Source: Escherichia coli O157:H7 (GTDB lineage: Bacteria > Pseudomonadota > Gammaproteobacteria > Enterobacterales > Enterobacteriaceae). Taken from it: a DNA stretch of 64,000 nucleotides. Positions 50,307-59,431 of this stretch are shown piece by piece. Position 1 is the stretch's first letter, and every line of letters begins with the position of its first letter. The DNA lies in assembly GCF_013167455.1 (NCBI RefSeq), contig NZ_CP038328.1. The stretch is one strand, 5' to 3'. A program made the translations under genes and the position numbers. A model generated the notes under the pieces. The model made no database searches and was not told the origin of the DNA. It saw nothing but the letters and a program-made list of their open reading frames with translations.

Positions 50307-50717
50307 TCAGAACGAAATATCATCACCGTAAGGGTCATCGCCTCCCGCTGGTGGCTGATTACCCTGTGTGCCTGTGGTTTTGCGTCTGTTCCCGCCTGGA
50401 CGTGCCGCGCGGGCACTGATTACGCTGTCTGCGATAACCTGCCAGCCCTGCCGCGTTTCTCCGTTCTGTCCGGTCCACTGGCTTACCTGCATCGTGCCGG
50501 ATACGCTGGCAACATCGCCTTTTTGATGTTTAGCCAGGAAGCCGGCCTGTTTGCCAAATGCGATGACCGATAACCATAACGTCGCCTGTCCGTCCTGTGC
50601 CTGGCTGCATGGCAAAGATACCGCCATACGCGCCAGCGTCATCGGTGTGCCCTTGCTGGTCTGTTTTACCTGCGGGTCGTCCACCAGCCGCCCGTAAGCG
50701 GCTATCTGTGCCGTCAT
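50307..50717 (-). CDS. ssb: Single-stranded DNA-binding protein
   Basis: 136 aa, Gly/Gln-rich linker and acidic C-terminal tail ...DDPYGDDISF. Confidence 0.75.
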   Translation of the reverse strand: MTAQIAAYGRLVDDPQVKQTSKGTPMTLARMAVSLPCSQAQDGQATLWLSVIAFGKQAGFLAKHQKGDVASVSGTMQVSQWTGQNGETRQGWQVIADSVISARAARPGGNRRKTTGTQGNQPPAGGDDPYGDDISF

Positions 50718-50995
50718 AATTCCACCTCTCCGGTTTTAACGTTGATGGTTGTTACCTGTTCCGCTTCGGCAATCTCCCGTTCTGTCAGCGTGGCAAAGTT
50801 TGCCGCCGCCGTGGTCATGAATGCGCTTATCAGGTCGGGATGTTCCTTCGCGTATCCTTCCCGCGTGTGGCGGTCTATCGTTCTGATTGCCACCTTTAAG
50901 GTGTGCTCAGTCATGTCTAACGCTTTATATTTTGGCTCTGTTCTGTCTCTGCGTTTTTGGGTCATTTCTCGCAACCTCTCACTTTTTCGCCTCAC
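50714..50995 (-). CDS. Hypothetical protein
   Basis: 93 aa ORF immediately downstream of the iteron region. Confidence 0.35.
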   Translation of the reverse strand: MRRKSERLREMTQKRRDRTEPKYKALDMTEHTLKVAIRTIDRHTREGYAKEHPDLISAFMTTAAANFATLTEREIAEAEQVTTINVKTGEVEL

Positions 50996-51167
50996 TTTTT
51001 CAAGCGTCTCACTTCGTCGCAGTTGGGATTTTCGGTTTTTCTATGTGTGTGTTTCATAAGTATTTTTTTACCCCTCACTTTTGAGGATGTATACAGGTCG
51101 AAAAGTGAGGGAGAGCGGGCTAATTTTGGCCCTCTTTCTATCCCCCTCGCTTTTGCTCCTCACTTTT
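50978..51167. repeat. Putative satellite replication origin: at least six CTCACTTTT-type iterons in both orientations
   Basis: Copies at 50978, 50991, 51008 (variant), 51074, 51101 (inverted), 51146 (variant), 51159; directly 3' of rep. Confidence 0.55.
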
Positions 51168-52566
51168 ATAGCGGCGCTACATCATCCCCATCGATACGAA
51201 TAACCCCATCTTTTTCCAGCTTGTACAGCCAGCGCCGGAAGTTTTTCATTTCATACCCCAGCTTTTTCATGTCATCACGTAACAGCGGGATCGTGCACTT
51301 GTCGCCGTTCTGTGTGCGTGAACGGATGCACCCCCATAGCGCGGTATGGTTTTCCGTCTTGTTCCCTGCCTCCTCGATGCGCTCCAGTTCAACAGGAGGG
51401 CGCGGATCATCCACCACCACCAGCGACGTGATTAATTCACCGTCAGCGTCGGTAAAAAGCTCCACCACGCGTAAGTCATATGCGGCTTCTTTGAGTTCCT
51501 CCGCGTCCTTCATTTTGGTGCATGAGATAACCAGCGCTTCGCTTCCTGCGTCCTCCCTGCGTATCCGGTATTCAGCATCCAGCGAAGCACGAAATGCACT
51601 GGAACCGCGCGCGCCTTTCGTCTCATCCTTGCCGGAATGGTGAACCACCAGCACCGTGGCCCCTGTGCGTCGTTTCAGTTCGTCACAACCACGGATAAAC
51701 GCCCCCATATCACGGGAATCATTTTCATCATTCCCACCAAAGCAACGCGCCAGCGTATCCAGAATAATCATGCGTACAGGTTTACCCGTTTCCCGCTCCA
51801 CCTGACGGGCAGCGATAACCATTTCATCAACATCAAGCGGGGCAGCCGGAAAGATGGGGCGGTTTACCAGATACAGATTTTTCACCTGCTCATCGTGCAC
51901 AACCTCCCAGGCTTTTACACGACGCGGAACACCTATACCGCCTTCACCAACCACATAGAGAACCGCACCATGTGCAACCCTGCGGCCTCCCCACTGGCGA
52001 CCAGTGGCAACATGGCACGCCCACGATCCGGCAAGGAATGATTTATAGGACCCGCTAGCCCCGTATATGCTGCATAGCGATACCGCCGGAATAATCCCCT
52101 TAACCACGTAATCCAGTTGCGTGTCGTATCCGGTAGATCCAACGCTCATCGGTAGCGTGGTTTTTCGCTGGTGGTTTTTTTCTTCCGCCGGCTCTTTCCC
52201 GCGCACCCGTTCCAGGTATTCGCGCCAGTTCTCCCGCATATGGCTGTGCATCCCTTCGGGGTAATAATTCGCATCAGTTACACCCGCCGCCGCCAGCTTG
52301 TGCGCAATGGCATTAATATTTGATGGCCTGATGTGGCCTGCCTTGTACAGCCGGACACAATAGCGCCCCTCGTCGATGATTCTCAGTTCTGCCAGTTCAT
52401 CCAGTTGATCATCAGCCAGCACAACGGGAGGCACATTATCGCCAGCCAGTCGCCCGTCCTGTTCCTGCCACTGTTTCGCATGTGCCCAGGCATCACTACC
52501 CGCAAAAATAATGACTTCGGTCATCTTGTCGTAAGGCTGTTTTTTTAAGTTCGGTGCGCTTTTCAT
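51166..52566 (-). CDS. Replication protein, RecA-fold P-loop ATPase (RepA/AAA_25-like helicase)
   Basis: 466 aa; Walker A-like GASGSYKS and Walker B-like RMIILDTLA; upstream of iterons. Confidence 0.65.
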   Translation of the reverse strand: MKSAPNLKKQPYDKMTEVIIFAGSDAWAHAKQWQEQDGRLAGDNVPPVVLADDQLDELAELRIIDEGRYCVRLYKAGHIRPSNINAIAHKLAAAGVTDANYYPEGMHSHMRENWREYLERVRGKEPAEEKNHQRKTTLPMSVGSTGYDTQLDYVVKGIIPAVSLCSIYGASGSYKSFLAGSWACHVATGRQWGGRRVAHGAVLYVVGEGGIGVPRRVKAWEVVHDEQVKNLYLVNRPIFPAAPLDVDEMVIAARQVERETGKPVRMIILDTLARCFGGNDENDSRDMGAFIRGCDELKRRTGATVLVVHHSGKDETKGARGSSAFRASLDAEYRIRREDAGSEALVISCTKMKDAEELKEAAYDLRVVELFTDADGELITSLVVVDDPRPPVELERIEEAGNKTENHTALWGCIRSRTQNGDKCTIPLLRDDMKKLGYEMKNFRRWLYKLEKDGVIRIDGDDVAPL

Positions 52567-52862
52567 TTCTTGCCCCTGAATCCGTTAACCATGGTTTTCA
52601 GCTTCTGGATGTTTGCCCGTGCCCTGGCGTTGCTGGTGGGCACGTTATGCGGCGCGGTCTGTACCAGAGAAAAATCACGCCGGAACTGATAAACAGGCAT
52701 CACGCAATCATATTCGTAACCTTCACGGCGGTAGGTTACGCGCCGTTCTTCCACGCCCTTAATCATTACCGTGCCGCCGTACTGGTCGCGGTAAATATCA
52801 CCGCGCGTAAATTTAGGGTGAGTGTTGCCACTGGCAGTTAAGCCAGAATATTTAAGTTTCAT
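52563..52862 (-). CDS. Hypothetical protein
   Basis: 99 aa, stop overlaps rep start. Confidence 0.35.
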   Translation of the reverse strand: MKLKYSGLTASGNTHPKFTRGDIYRDQYGGTVMIKGVEERRVTYRREGYEYDCVMPVYQFRRDFSLVQTAPHNVPTSNARARANIQKLKTMVNGFRGKK

Positions 52863-52867
52863 TATTT

Positions 52868-53101
52868 TTATTCTCCGGTGTGCTGTTCTTTATATCTGTC
52901 GTGCAATAGATCTATTTCTTGCAGTTCCATTATTACAGGCTCAAGAAGCGTTATTAATGCCGTGGCAATTCTTGATTTTTGTTTGTCGCGTTCATTGTCG
53001 CCAAGTGTTTCAAGCCATATGCGCAATATTTCCATCATGTTTTCACTGTGAGAAAGTGCAAGAAATGCGCGGTCTATTGTTTGGTGGTAAATATCACGCA
53101 T
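52868..53101 (-). CDS. Hypothetical protein
   Basis: 77 aa, tightly packed in the operon. Confidence 0.3.
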   Translation of the reverse strand: MRDIYHQTIDRAFLALSHSENMMEILRIWLETLGDNERDKQKSRIATALITLLEPVIMELQEIDLLHDRYKEQHTGE

Positions 53102-53558
53102 GGCTTACATCCTCAGGAAATTTTCTTCTATAACGCGCCTCTGCCACATATTCCGCATAATCGGCGGCGATATTCAGTACATCAAGCCCCGTTGATTTAT
53201 ATTCTCTCGTGGAAAGTAAGAAAAAAGCCGCTCTAATAAGTTCTGGCATTGACGAAAGCGCATCAGCCGCATCATCAGGAACGCCGGAAAATTCCTGTTT
53301 CAGGGAATTAAAACGATCATCACGCATAACCCCCCCATTTTCACAATCAGCAATCAGGATAGCTTTGGCCTCATTCAGCGCCGTATCAGCACTAAATTGC
53401 ATGACAGCCAGTGAGTGAGGAACGAAAGCACCGGCATATTCTGTTTCGCTGGTGGCGTGCTTATGTGCCCTGTCCGCGATAACAGAAATATCAATCAGCG
53501 CGTGCATCAGCGTTTTGATGGCTTCGGCGGCTGCGTCCGGTGTGGTTTTATTGTGCAT
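53094..53558 (-). CDS. Hypothetical protein
   Basis: 154 aa, overlapping neighbours on both sides. Confidence 0.4.
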   Translation of the reverse strand: MHNKTTPDAAAEAIKTLMHALIDISVIADRAHKHATSETEYAGAFVPHSLAVMQFSADTALNEAKAILIADCENGGVMRDDRFNSLKQEFSGVPDDAADALSSMPELIRAAFFLLSTREYKSTGLDVLNIAADYAEYVAEARYRRKFPEDVSHA

Positions 53559-53760
53559 AAAGCATCCCCTGAATATTCGTGTTAATCATTCCGGCACGTT
53601 TTGTGATTTCCTGTAATGATTCCCTTGTGGCGACAATTGCTTCATCTGGTAAGTGGTAATTACACACCACGCGACCTTTATCCACATTGACCAGTAGCTG
53701 CCCTGTGAATTTCTCACGAAACTGAATGCGGTTAAGGTCAGTAAGTGACAGATTAATCAT
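53548..53760 (-). CDS. Hypothetical protein
   Basis: 70 aa from MINLSLTDL...; RBS AGGAGG; ATGATTAA overlap with the upstream gene. Confidence 0.35.
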   Translation of the reverse strand: MINLSLTDLNRIQFREKFTGQLLVNVDKGRVVCNYHLPDEAIVATRESLQEITKRAGMINTNIQGMLYAQ

Positions 53761-53950
53761 GGCGCACCTCCTGACGAATACGGGCGGCAAATACAGCAAC
53801 ACAACCGGACGGGCAACGGTTACGCGCTTCGCGTTCCGTCCAGGCGGTTACGTGGATGATTTGAGATTCTCCGGCACTCAGTGCCAGAAAACGCCACACA
53901 AAGGCCGTTTGTGTGTGTACAAGGTGTGGTATATGATTTACGGCAACCAT
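53753..53950 (-). CDS. Hypothetical protein, first gene of the satellite leftward operon
   Basis: 65 aa from MVAVNHIPHL...; RBS GGAG 5 nt upstream. Confidence 0.35.
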   Translation of the reverse strand: MVAVNHIPHLVHTQTAFVWRFLALSAGESQIIHVTAWTEREARNRCPSGCVAVFAARIRQEVRHD

Positions 53951-54040
53951 AACGGCTCCTAGTTTACGTTGTTGGTTAGACGCCCCGTATGTGTTCCCAG
54001 CACTGCGGGGCGTTGATTTTTGTGTAATGGCAAGTACAAT

Positions 54041-54080
54041 GGTAATTACCATGTAGGTATAGCAATAAAGGGTAATTACC
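54041..54080. promoter_or_regulatory. Two perfect 10-bp palindromes GGTAATTACC, 30 bp apart, in the divergent control region
   Basis: Copies at 54041..54050 and 54071..54080, each followed by ATGT; the second abuts the RHH start codon. Confidence 0.5.
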
Positions 54081-54254
54081 ATGTCAACACCATTAGAAAA
54101 ACGTTCGCCTCCATACCAAATGCGATTACCGGAAGACTTCAGAGCGCAGCTAGAAGAAGCTGCTAAGGCCGATGGCGACACATCTTTAGCCACTTGGATT
54201 AAACGCGTTCTCCGCAAAGAATTACAGCAACGCGGCATAGAACCCAAAGGATAA
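54081..54254 (+). CDS. Ribbon-helix-helix (Arc/MetJ-like) DNA-binding protein
   Basis: 57 aa by manual translation (MSTPLEKRSPPYQMRLPEDFRAQLEEAAKADGDTSLATWIKRVLRKELQQRGIEPKG); below the ORF-track cutoff. Confidence 0.5.
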   Translation: MSTPLEKRSPPYQMRLPEDFRAQLEEAAKADGDTSLATWIKRVLRKELQQRGIEPKG

Positions 54255-54296
54255 AAACTATCAGCGCCGTGGTGTGAGGTATTACGGCGCATTGCT

Positions 54297-54485
54297 ATGC
54301 AGGACAACACAATGACCGATAAAGAATTGACCAAAACATTATCACCGGCACGGAAAAGACGGCGCAGAAAGATAGAGCATGAATCAGAAAGATTCGCGCC
54401 ATGTGCTTTTGCCCTTGAGCAATTCCTTAAAGAGTACAGGGAAACGCGCCCATTGCAGGTATGGCAACGAACTGAACCAGACTGA
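54297..54485 (+). CDS. Hypothetical small basic protein
   Basis: 62 aa with KRRRRK; downstream of the RHH gene, before the + strand terminator. Confidence 0.3.
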   Translation: MQDNTMTDKELTKTLSPARKRRRRKIEHESERFAPCAFALEQFLKEYRETRPLQVWQRTEPD

Positions 54486-54578
54486 TAGCATTGCCCACCA
54501 GCCTGATAGCGGCTATCATCCCCGTGCTTATGTTTGGGATCATATACACATAAGGCGCAGCGGGTTATCTGTTCAGAA

Positions 54579-54608
54579 AGGCGGCTCCATTTCGGGGCCG
54601 CTTTTTTT
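54579..54608 (+). terminator. Intrinsic terminator closing the RHH transcription unit
   Basis: GCGGCTCC-ATTTC-GGGGCCGC followed by T7. Confidence 0.5.
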
Positions 54609-54754
54609 ATGCCTGAAAAACCCCAATTTTGTGGTTTTCCAGTCTCACCAGGGCGAACGAATCCCCGCCCACGTTCTGGCGTATATTCAATCTTCATGGT
54701 TATAGCTCTGTGTTCAGATGATTGATGTGTGGCGGCTGTGTGCCGCCAGCGTGA

Positions 54755-54943
54755 TTAATGAACTGCCTTGCAGCTATCCTTCCAGGCCAGAACCTCGGAT
54801 AAAGACCAGCCAACGGAACGACCGCCAAGTTTACGACGTGATGGGAATTGTCCGGCCTTTTCCAGGCGGTAGCGACACGTACGGCTAAGGCCGGTTAGTT
54901 TTTCGCATTCTTTTTCACGTATAAACCGATCAGTGCTTAACAC
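54755..54943 (-). CDS. alpA: AlpA-family transcriptional regulator (excisionase-like)
   Basis: 62 aa; pattern ...LTGLSRTCRYRLEKAGQFP...GGRSVGWSLSEVLAW typical of AlpA. Confidence 0.75.
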   Translation of the reverse strand: MLSTDRFIREKECEKLTGLSRTCRYRLEKAGQFPSRRKLGGRSVGWSLSEVLAWKDSCKAVH

Positions 54944-55307
54944 TATTGCCCCCTTTCGTTTCTTAAAGAGTCATCAGGTGTCTTATTGTGTCGTATTGTT
55001 CCCGCTAGAGTGATGAATGGCAAATACTGAGGATGTATGATTTACAGAAAATGAAAAAGTAAGAATAAAATCTTTTAAATTCATGTTAATACAAAGGCAT
55101 AAAATATTGTTCCATGCCTTTTTTCTCGCTCTTTAAAGAGTGATTCGCTAGTGTATAAAAAACCAGTAACACATTAAAAATCAGCTACTTATAAATCCGT
55201 ACGCTTTTTCGCCTCTTGTTCGTAGTTGTTCCACATTGTTGCTCATTGTTGCACGTTGTATCTGTTCGCATATCCAGTATGCGCATACTGAAAAAACACG
55301 AAAAAAA

Positions 55308-56558
55308 TTATTTTCTTCTGGCTACTGGTAGCGTGGTTACGTTTTCATGTGTTCCCGCCAGTATCCCTAACCGCTCCGTCCACATATCCAGCGCATTGCG
55401 TTTCGCATCCAGATAACGGGAATGATTATAAACTCGCTGCATTCCTGGCATCTGGTGGCCTGTAAGCTGCTCCACGACATGCGGATCAACGCCTAAATCG
55501 TTCAGCATGGTTGTAAAGGTGCGCCGGATGTCATGCAGTGACCAGTGAGGGTGATTAAGCCTCCTGTGCGCTAATCTTCCATACTGCGATACGCTGGCCT
55601 CCTGTTTCACTTCCCCCAGCAATAAGCCCGTGTGCCTGTTCTGCTCCACCAGCTGCGTGATGAACGGCAGTATTGCTTCCGGTATAGGCCGGAATATGGC
55701 TACCTTCGTTTTGCTGTGCTCCTTCGGAACGGTCCAGAGCATTTCGGTAAAATCCCACTCGCTGATCTCCGATAACCTCAGTTCTACCGTCCGGCATCCG
55801 AACACAATCAGGAGGCGGATTAACGCGATGTAGTAGGGGGAGAATATTTTTTTGTCCAGTGCCTGCAATAATTCGCCCAGTTCTTTGGTGCTTAAGACAC
55901 GCTCGCTTATATCCGGTTTTTTCCCAACGTCCGCCACACTCATATCATCAAGAACGTTGCTGATTGCATAGCGCCGCCTCCGGCAGAACTTAAGCGCCTG
56001 TTTGCACGTCTGTAGCAAGAATCCGGCAGTAACAGGCGTTCGCTTTGCCACCTGGTCAAAACAGGCCAGCCAGTGCCGTAGCTCGCATTTATCCAGCGGC
56101 ATAGCACCAATGTGCTGTATTACGTGATTATTAAGGCGCTTTTTCAGGGCGGCATAATCCACGCGGTTTTCCTTTGCGTACGACTCAAGCCAGTAGGTGA
56201 GCGCATCGCCAACCGTTACCGGCTTTAACGCTTCCTGTACGGTGTAATTAAGCTCATGACGTGGATTTTTCCCCTCTGCCAGCCATGCGCGACACTGGGC
56301 GGCTTTTTCCCTGGCTGATTTCAGGCTCAGATCAGGATAATTTCCCAGCTTAATGCGTTCCGGTGGTGCCCCCCTTCCCGTTCCGGCCCTGTAAGTGAAA
56401 TACCAGGTTAAAAGGCCACTGGTTGAATGCCTGACGCTCAGGTTTCCACCGTCATTAAGAAAGGCTGTTTTTTGGGCGGGTGTGCCGTTGATTTTCCTCA
56501 GCTGTGTATCGCTCAGTTTGTTAAGTGCTCTGCTCATAATTTTGATTCCGGTCATCAC
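55308..56558 (-). CDS. int: Tyrosine integrase (P4/satellite-type)
   Basis: 416 aa; C-terminal catalytic residues; adjacent to the right att repeat. Confidence 0.9.
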   Translation of the reverse strand: MMTGIKIMSRALNKLSDTQLRKINGTPAQKTAFLNDGGNLSVRHSTSGLLTWYFTYRAGTGRGAPPERIKLGNYPDLSLKSAREKAAQCRAWLAEGKNPRHELNYTVQEALKPVTVGDALTYWLESYAKENRVDYAALKKRLNNHVIQHIGAMPLDKCELRHWLACFDQVAKRTPVTAGFLLQTCKQALKFCRRRRYAISNVLDDMSVADVGKKPDISERVLSTKELGELLQALDKKIFSPYYIALIRLLIVFGCRTVELRLSEISEWDFTEMLWTVPKEHSKTKVAIFRPIPEAILPFITQLVEQNRHTGLLLGEVKQEASVSQYGRLAHRRLNHPHWSLHDIRRTFTTMLNDLGVDPHVVEQLTGHQMPGMQRVYNHSRYLDAKRNALDMWTERLGILAGTHENVTTLPVARRK

Positions 56559-56563
56559 AATTA

Positions 56564-56584
56564 ACTACACCATTAACTACACCG
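56564..56584 (+). repeat. Satellite att direct repeat, right copy (preceded by a tandem ATTAACTACACC unit)
   Basis: Identical 21-mer to 45587..45607. Confidence 0.6.
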
Positions 56585-56785
56585 ATCGTTGCACAAAGGG
56601 CTACAACGTGAAACAAGCTGGAACAAGGAAAATCACAAATCTGTTTATAATCAAAAATATAATGAACAATCTGAAACATTATGAAACGGCAAAAAACACT
56701 AATTGATAAAATATGTCCATACTTCACGCATTACGTTAAGCATCCGTTATAATCGGTTGCAGATACCAGCCTGTGGATGCTTAAC

Positions 56786-57907
56786 ATGGAATACCAACTC
56801 ACTCTTAACTGGCCCGATTTTCTTGAACGTCACTGGCAGAAACGCCCGGTGGTGTTAAAACGCGGCTTTAATAATTTTATTGACCCGATCTCTCCAGACG
56901 AGTTGGCGGGTCTGGCGATGGAAAGCGAAGTCGACAGTCGACTGGTCAGTCACCAGGATGGAAAATGGCAGGTCAGCCACGGTCCGTTCGAAAGCTACGA
57001 TCATCTCGGTGAAACTAACTGGTCATTGTTAGTGCAAGCAGTGAACCACTGGCATGAGCCGACCGCCGCGCTGATGCGACCGTTCCGTGAACTACCGGAC
57101 TGGCGTATTGATGATCTGATGATCTCTTTTTCTGTACCTGGCGGCGGCGTCGGCCCGCATCTCGATCAGTACGACGTGTTTATCATTCAGGGTACCGGAC
57201 GTCGTCGCTGGCGAGTGGGCGAGAAGCTGCAAATGAAACAGCACTGCCCACATCCGGATCTGTTACAGGTCGATCCGTTCGAAGCCATCATCGATGAAGA
57301 GCTGGAGCCTGGCGATATTCTTTATATTCCGCCAGGATTCCCGCATGAAGGCTACGCGCTGGAAAATGCGATGAACTATTCCGTGGGTTTTCGCGCGCCA
57401 AATACGCGGGAATTAATTAGCGGATTTGCCGATTATGTGCTGCAACGCGAACTGGGCGGCAACTACTACAGCGATCCTGATGTTCCACCTCGCGCTCATC
57501 CTGCGGACGTTCTGCCGCAAGAGATGGATAAACTGCGTGAGATGATGCTCGAATTGATCAACCAGCCGGAACACTTTAAGCAATGGTTTGGCGAGTTTAT
57601 ATCCCAGTCACGTCATGAACTGGATATCGCGCCGCCGGAGCCGCCTTATCAGCCAGATGAAATCTACGATGCGCTGAAACAAGGTGATGTGCTGGTGCGC
57701 CTGGGTGGTCTGCGCGTATTGCGCATTGGCGACGACGTGTATACCAATGGTGAGAAGATCGATTCCCCGCACCGTCCGGCACTGGATGCACTCGCCAGCA
57801 ACATTGCGCTGACTGCGGAGAATTTTGGCGATGCGCTGGAAGATCCGTCATTCCTCGCGATGCTCGCGGCGCTGGTCAATAGCGGGTATTGGTTCTTCGA
57901 AGGGTAA
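56786..57907 (+). CDS. roxA: Ribosomal protein uL16 hydroxylase RoxA (YcfD), JmjC/cupin
   Basis: 373 aa from MEYQLTLNWPDFLERHWQKRP. Confidence 0.93.
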   Translation: MEYQLTLNWPDFLERHWQKRPVVLKRGFNNFIDPISPDELAGLAMESEVDSRLVSHQDGKWQVSHGPFESYDHLGETNWSLLVQAVNHWHEPTAALMRPFRELPDWRIDDLMISFSVPGGGVGPHLDQYDVFIIQGTGRRRWRVGEKLQMKQHCPHPDLLQVDPFEAIIDEELEPGDILYIPPGFPHEGYALENAMNYSVGFRAPNTRELISGFADYVLQRELGGNYYSDPDVPPRAHPADVLPQEMDKLREMMLELINQPEHFKQWFGEFISQSRHELDIAPPEPPYQPDEIYDALKQGDVLVRLGGLRVLRIGDDVYTNGEKIDSPHRPALDALASNIALTAENFGDALEDPSFLAMLAALVNSGYWFFEG

Positions 57908-57922
57908 GTTTGGATTTAAGCC

Positions 57923-57955
57923 GGATGCGGCATCACATGCCGCATCCCTTTTCGC
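57923..57955 (+). terminator. REP-like hairpin terminator between roxA and pepT
   Basis: GGATGCGGCAT-CAC-ATGCCGCATCC followed by CTTTTCG. Confidence 0.5.
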
Positions 57956-59182
57956 TTACTTCCGTTGCGCCGTTAACTCGGCAATACGGACGATCACCTG
58001 CACCGCTTTTTCCATACCTTCCAGAGTCACAAACTCATGCTTACCATGATAGTTGTAACCGCCAGTGAACAGGTTCGGGCACGGTAATCCCATAAACGAC
58101 AACTGCGCGCCGTCGGTACCGCCGCGGATCGGTTTCAGTTCCGGTTCAATATCGCAGTCACGCATCGCCTGCTGGGCGATATCGAGAATATGCGGATGCT
58201 CAACCACTTTCTCGCGCATATTGTAGTAACTGTCTTCAATCACCAATTCAATGTAGCAATCAGGATGTAACCCTTTGCCCACTTTTTTGGCGATCTCCAT
58301 CATTTTACGTTTACGCGCTTCAAACTGTTTACGGTCGAAATCACGGATGATGTAGTGCATATCGGCCCGTTCAACGGTGCCTTTCATGCTCGCCAGGTGA
58401 TAGAAACCTTCATAGCCTTCTGTCATTTCCGGGCTTTCATCCGCCGGAACTTCCGCATGAATACGTGCCGCCAGCGACAGCGCATTTACCATCACTCCTT
58501 TCGCCGTGCCCGGATGAACATTGTTACCGACAATTTTGATATTGACCGATGCGGCGTTGAAGTTTTCAAACTCCAGTTCGCCTACGCCACCACCATCAAC
58601 AGTGTAAGCCCAGCGGGCATCGAAGGCATCAACATCAAAATGTTTCGCCCCTTTGCCCACTTCTTCATCCGGGGTAAAGGCGACGCGAATATCACCATGC
58701 GGAATGTTTTTCTGTTGCAATACCGCCAGCGCGGTCATGATTTCTGCAATACCTGCTTTGTCATCGGCACCTAACAAGGTTTTACCATCGGTGGTAATCA
58801 GCGTCTGACCCAGTAGCTGATGCAGCACCGGGAACATAACCGGTGATAAAACTTCATCGCCGATACCCAGCGCAATATCGCCACCGCGATAGTTTTCAAC
58901 AATTTGCGGATTCACATTTTTGCCGCTGCAATCCGGTGAGGTATCCACATGAGAAATAAAGCCAATCGCCGGGATATCGCCAGGGACGTTAGCCGGTAAC
59001 GTCGCCATCAAAGTGCCCTTCTCACTTAAGGTCACATTGATAAGCCCCATCTCTTCGAGCTGCTCTTTCAGCAGATGCAATAACTTCCATTGGCCTTCCG
59101 TGCTGGGAACCTGTCTCACCCCTGCTTTTGATTGGGTATCCAGAGACACGTAGTTCAAAAATCGCTCAAGTAGTTTATCCAT
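57956..59182 (-). CDS. pepT: Peptidase T (tripeptide aminopeptidase)
   Basis: 408 aa from [18 protein letters not shown]. Confidence 0.97.
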   Translation of the reverse strand: MDKLLERFLNYVSLDTQSKAGVRQVPSTEGQWKLLHLLKEQLEEMGLINVTLSEKGTLMATLPANVPGDIPAIGFISHVDTSPDCSGKNVNPQIVENYRGGDIALGIGDEVLSPVMFPVLHQLLGQTLITTDGKTLLGADDKAGIAEIMTALAVLQQKNIPHGDIRVAFTPDEEVGKGAKHFDVDAFDARWAYTVDGGGVGELEFENFNAASVNIKIVGNNVHPGTAKGVMVNALSLAARIHAEVPADESPEMTEGYEGFYHLASMKGTVERADMHYIIRDFDRKQFEARKRKMMEIAKKVGKGLHPDCYIELVIEDSYYNMREKVVEHPHILDIAQQAMRDCDIEPELKPIRGGTDGAQLSFMGLPCPNLFTGGYNYHGKHEFVTLEGMEKAVQVIVRIAELTAQRK

Positions 59183-59431
59183 GTAGTCACCCTCACTTTT
59201 TGTGACAACATTATTAAGAAGCAAGAAAAGACAAATATTGCGTCAGGTCACTTTTACCCCTGCAAGCGGGAATATTTATCAGCATTACCTTAATGAATAT
59301 AAAGCTAAGCCAGTAATTCACAACAAAGATTGGCGATTCAAGCGGTTTGCCGTAGAATTACCGCCCTCATTAAGAGTCACCAAGGTGGTTAACCACAAAC
59401 CCCGCATCGGTAAGCCATCCGTTGCGTTTAC

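Larger units (their letters stand above)
45587..56584. mobile_element. Integrated phage satellite (PICI-like island) between phoQ and roxA
   Basis: 21-bp direct repeats ACTACACCATTAACTACACCG at 45587..45607 and 56564..56584; integrase plus AlpA at the right end; all-minus operon with Rep, SSB, capsid, decoration, TerS and cos. Confidence 0.75.

Noticed and set aside
50978-51167. Possible CRISPR array (short repeats CTCACTTTT; likewise TTTTGGGGAA at 37341..37375)
   Set aside because: Repeats are only 9-10 bp, irregularly spaced and in both orientations, with no cas genes; iterons or binding sites fit better.
50957-51643. 228-aa plus-strand ORF over the iteron region and rep 3' end
   Set aside because: Ser-rich translation of the iteron repeats and antisense of rep; not a plausible protein.
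53753-54697. 314-aa minus-strand ORF spanning the satellite control region
   Set aside because: Runs through a terminator hairpin, the RHH gene on the opposite strand and the palindromic operators; Cys/Ser-rich nonsense in the middle. Only its last 65 codons (53753..53950) have an RBS and are kept.
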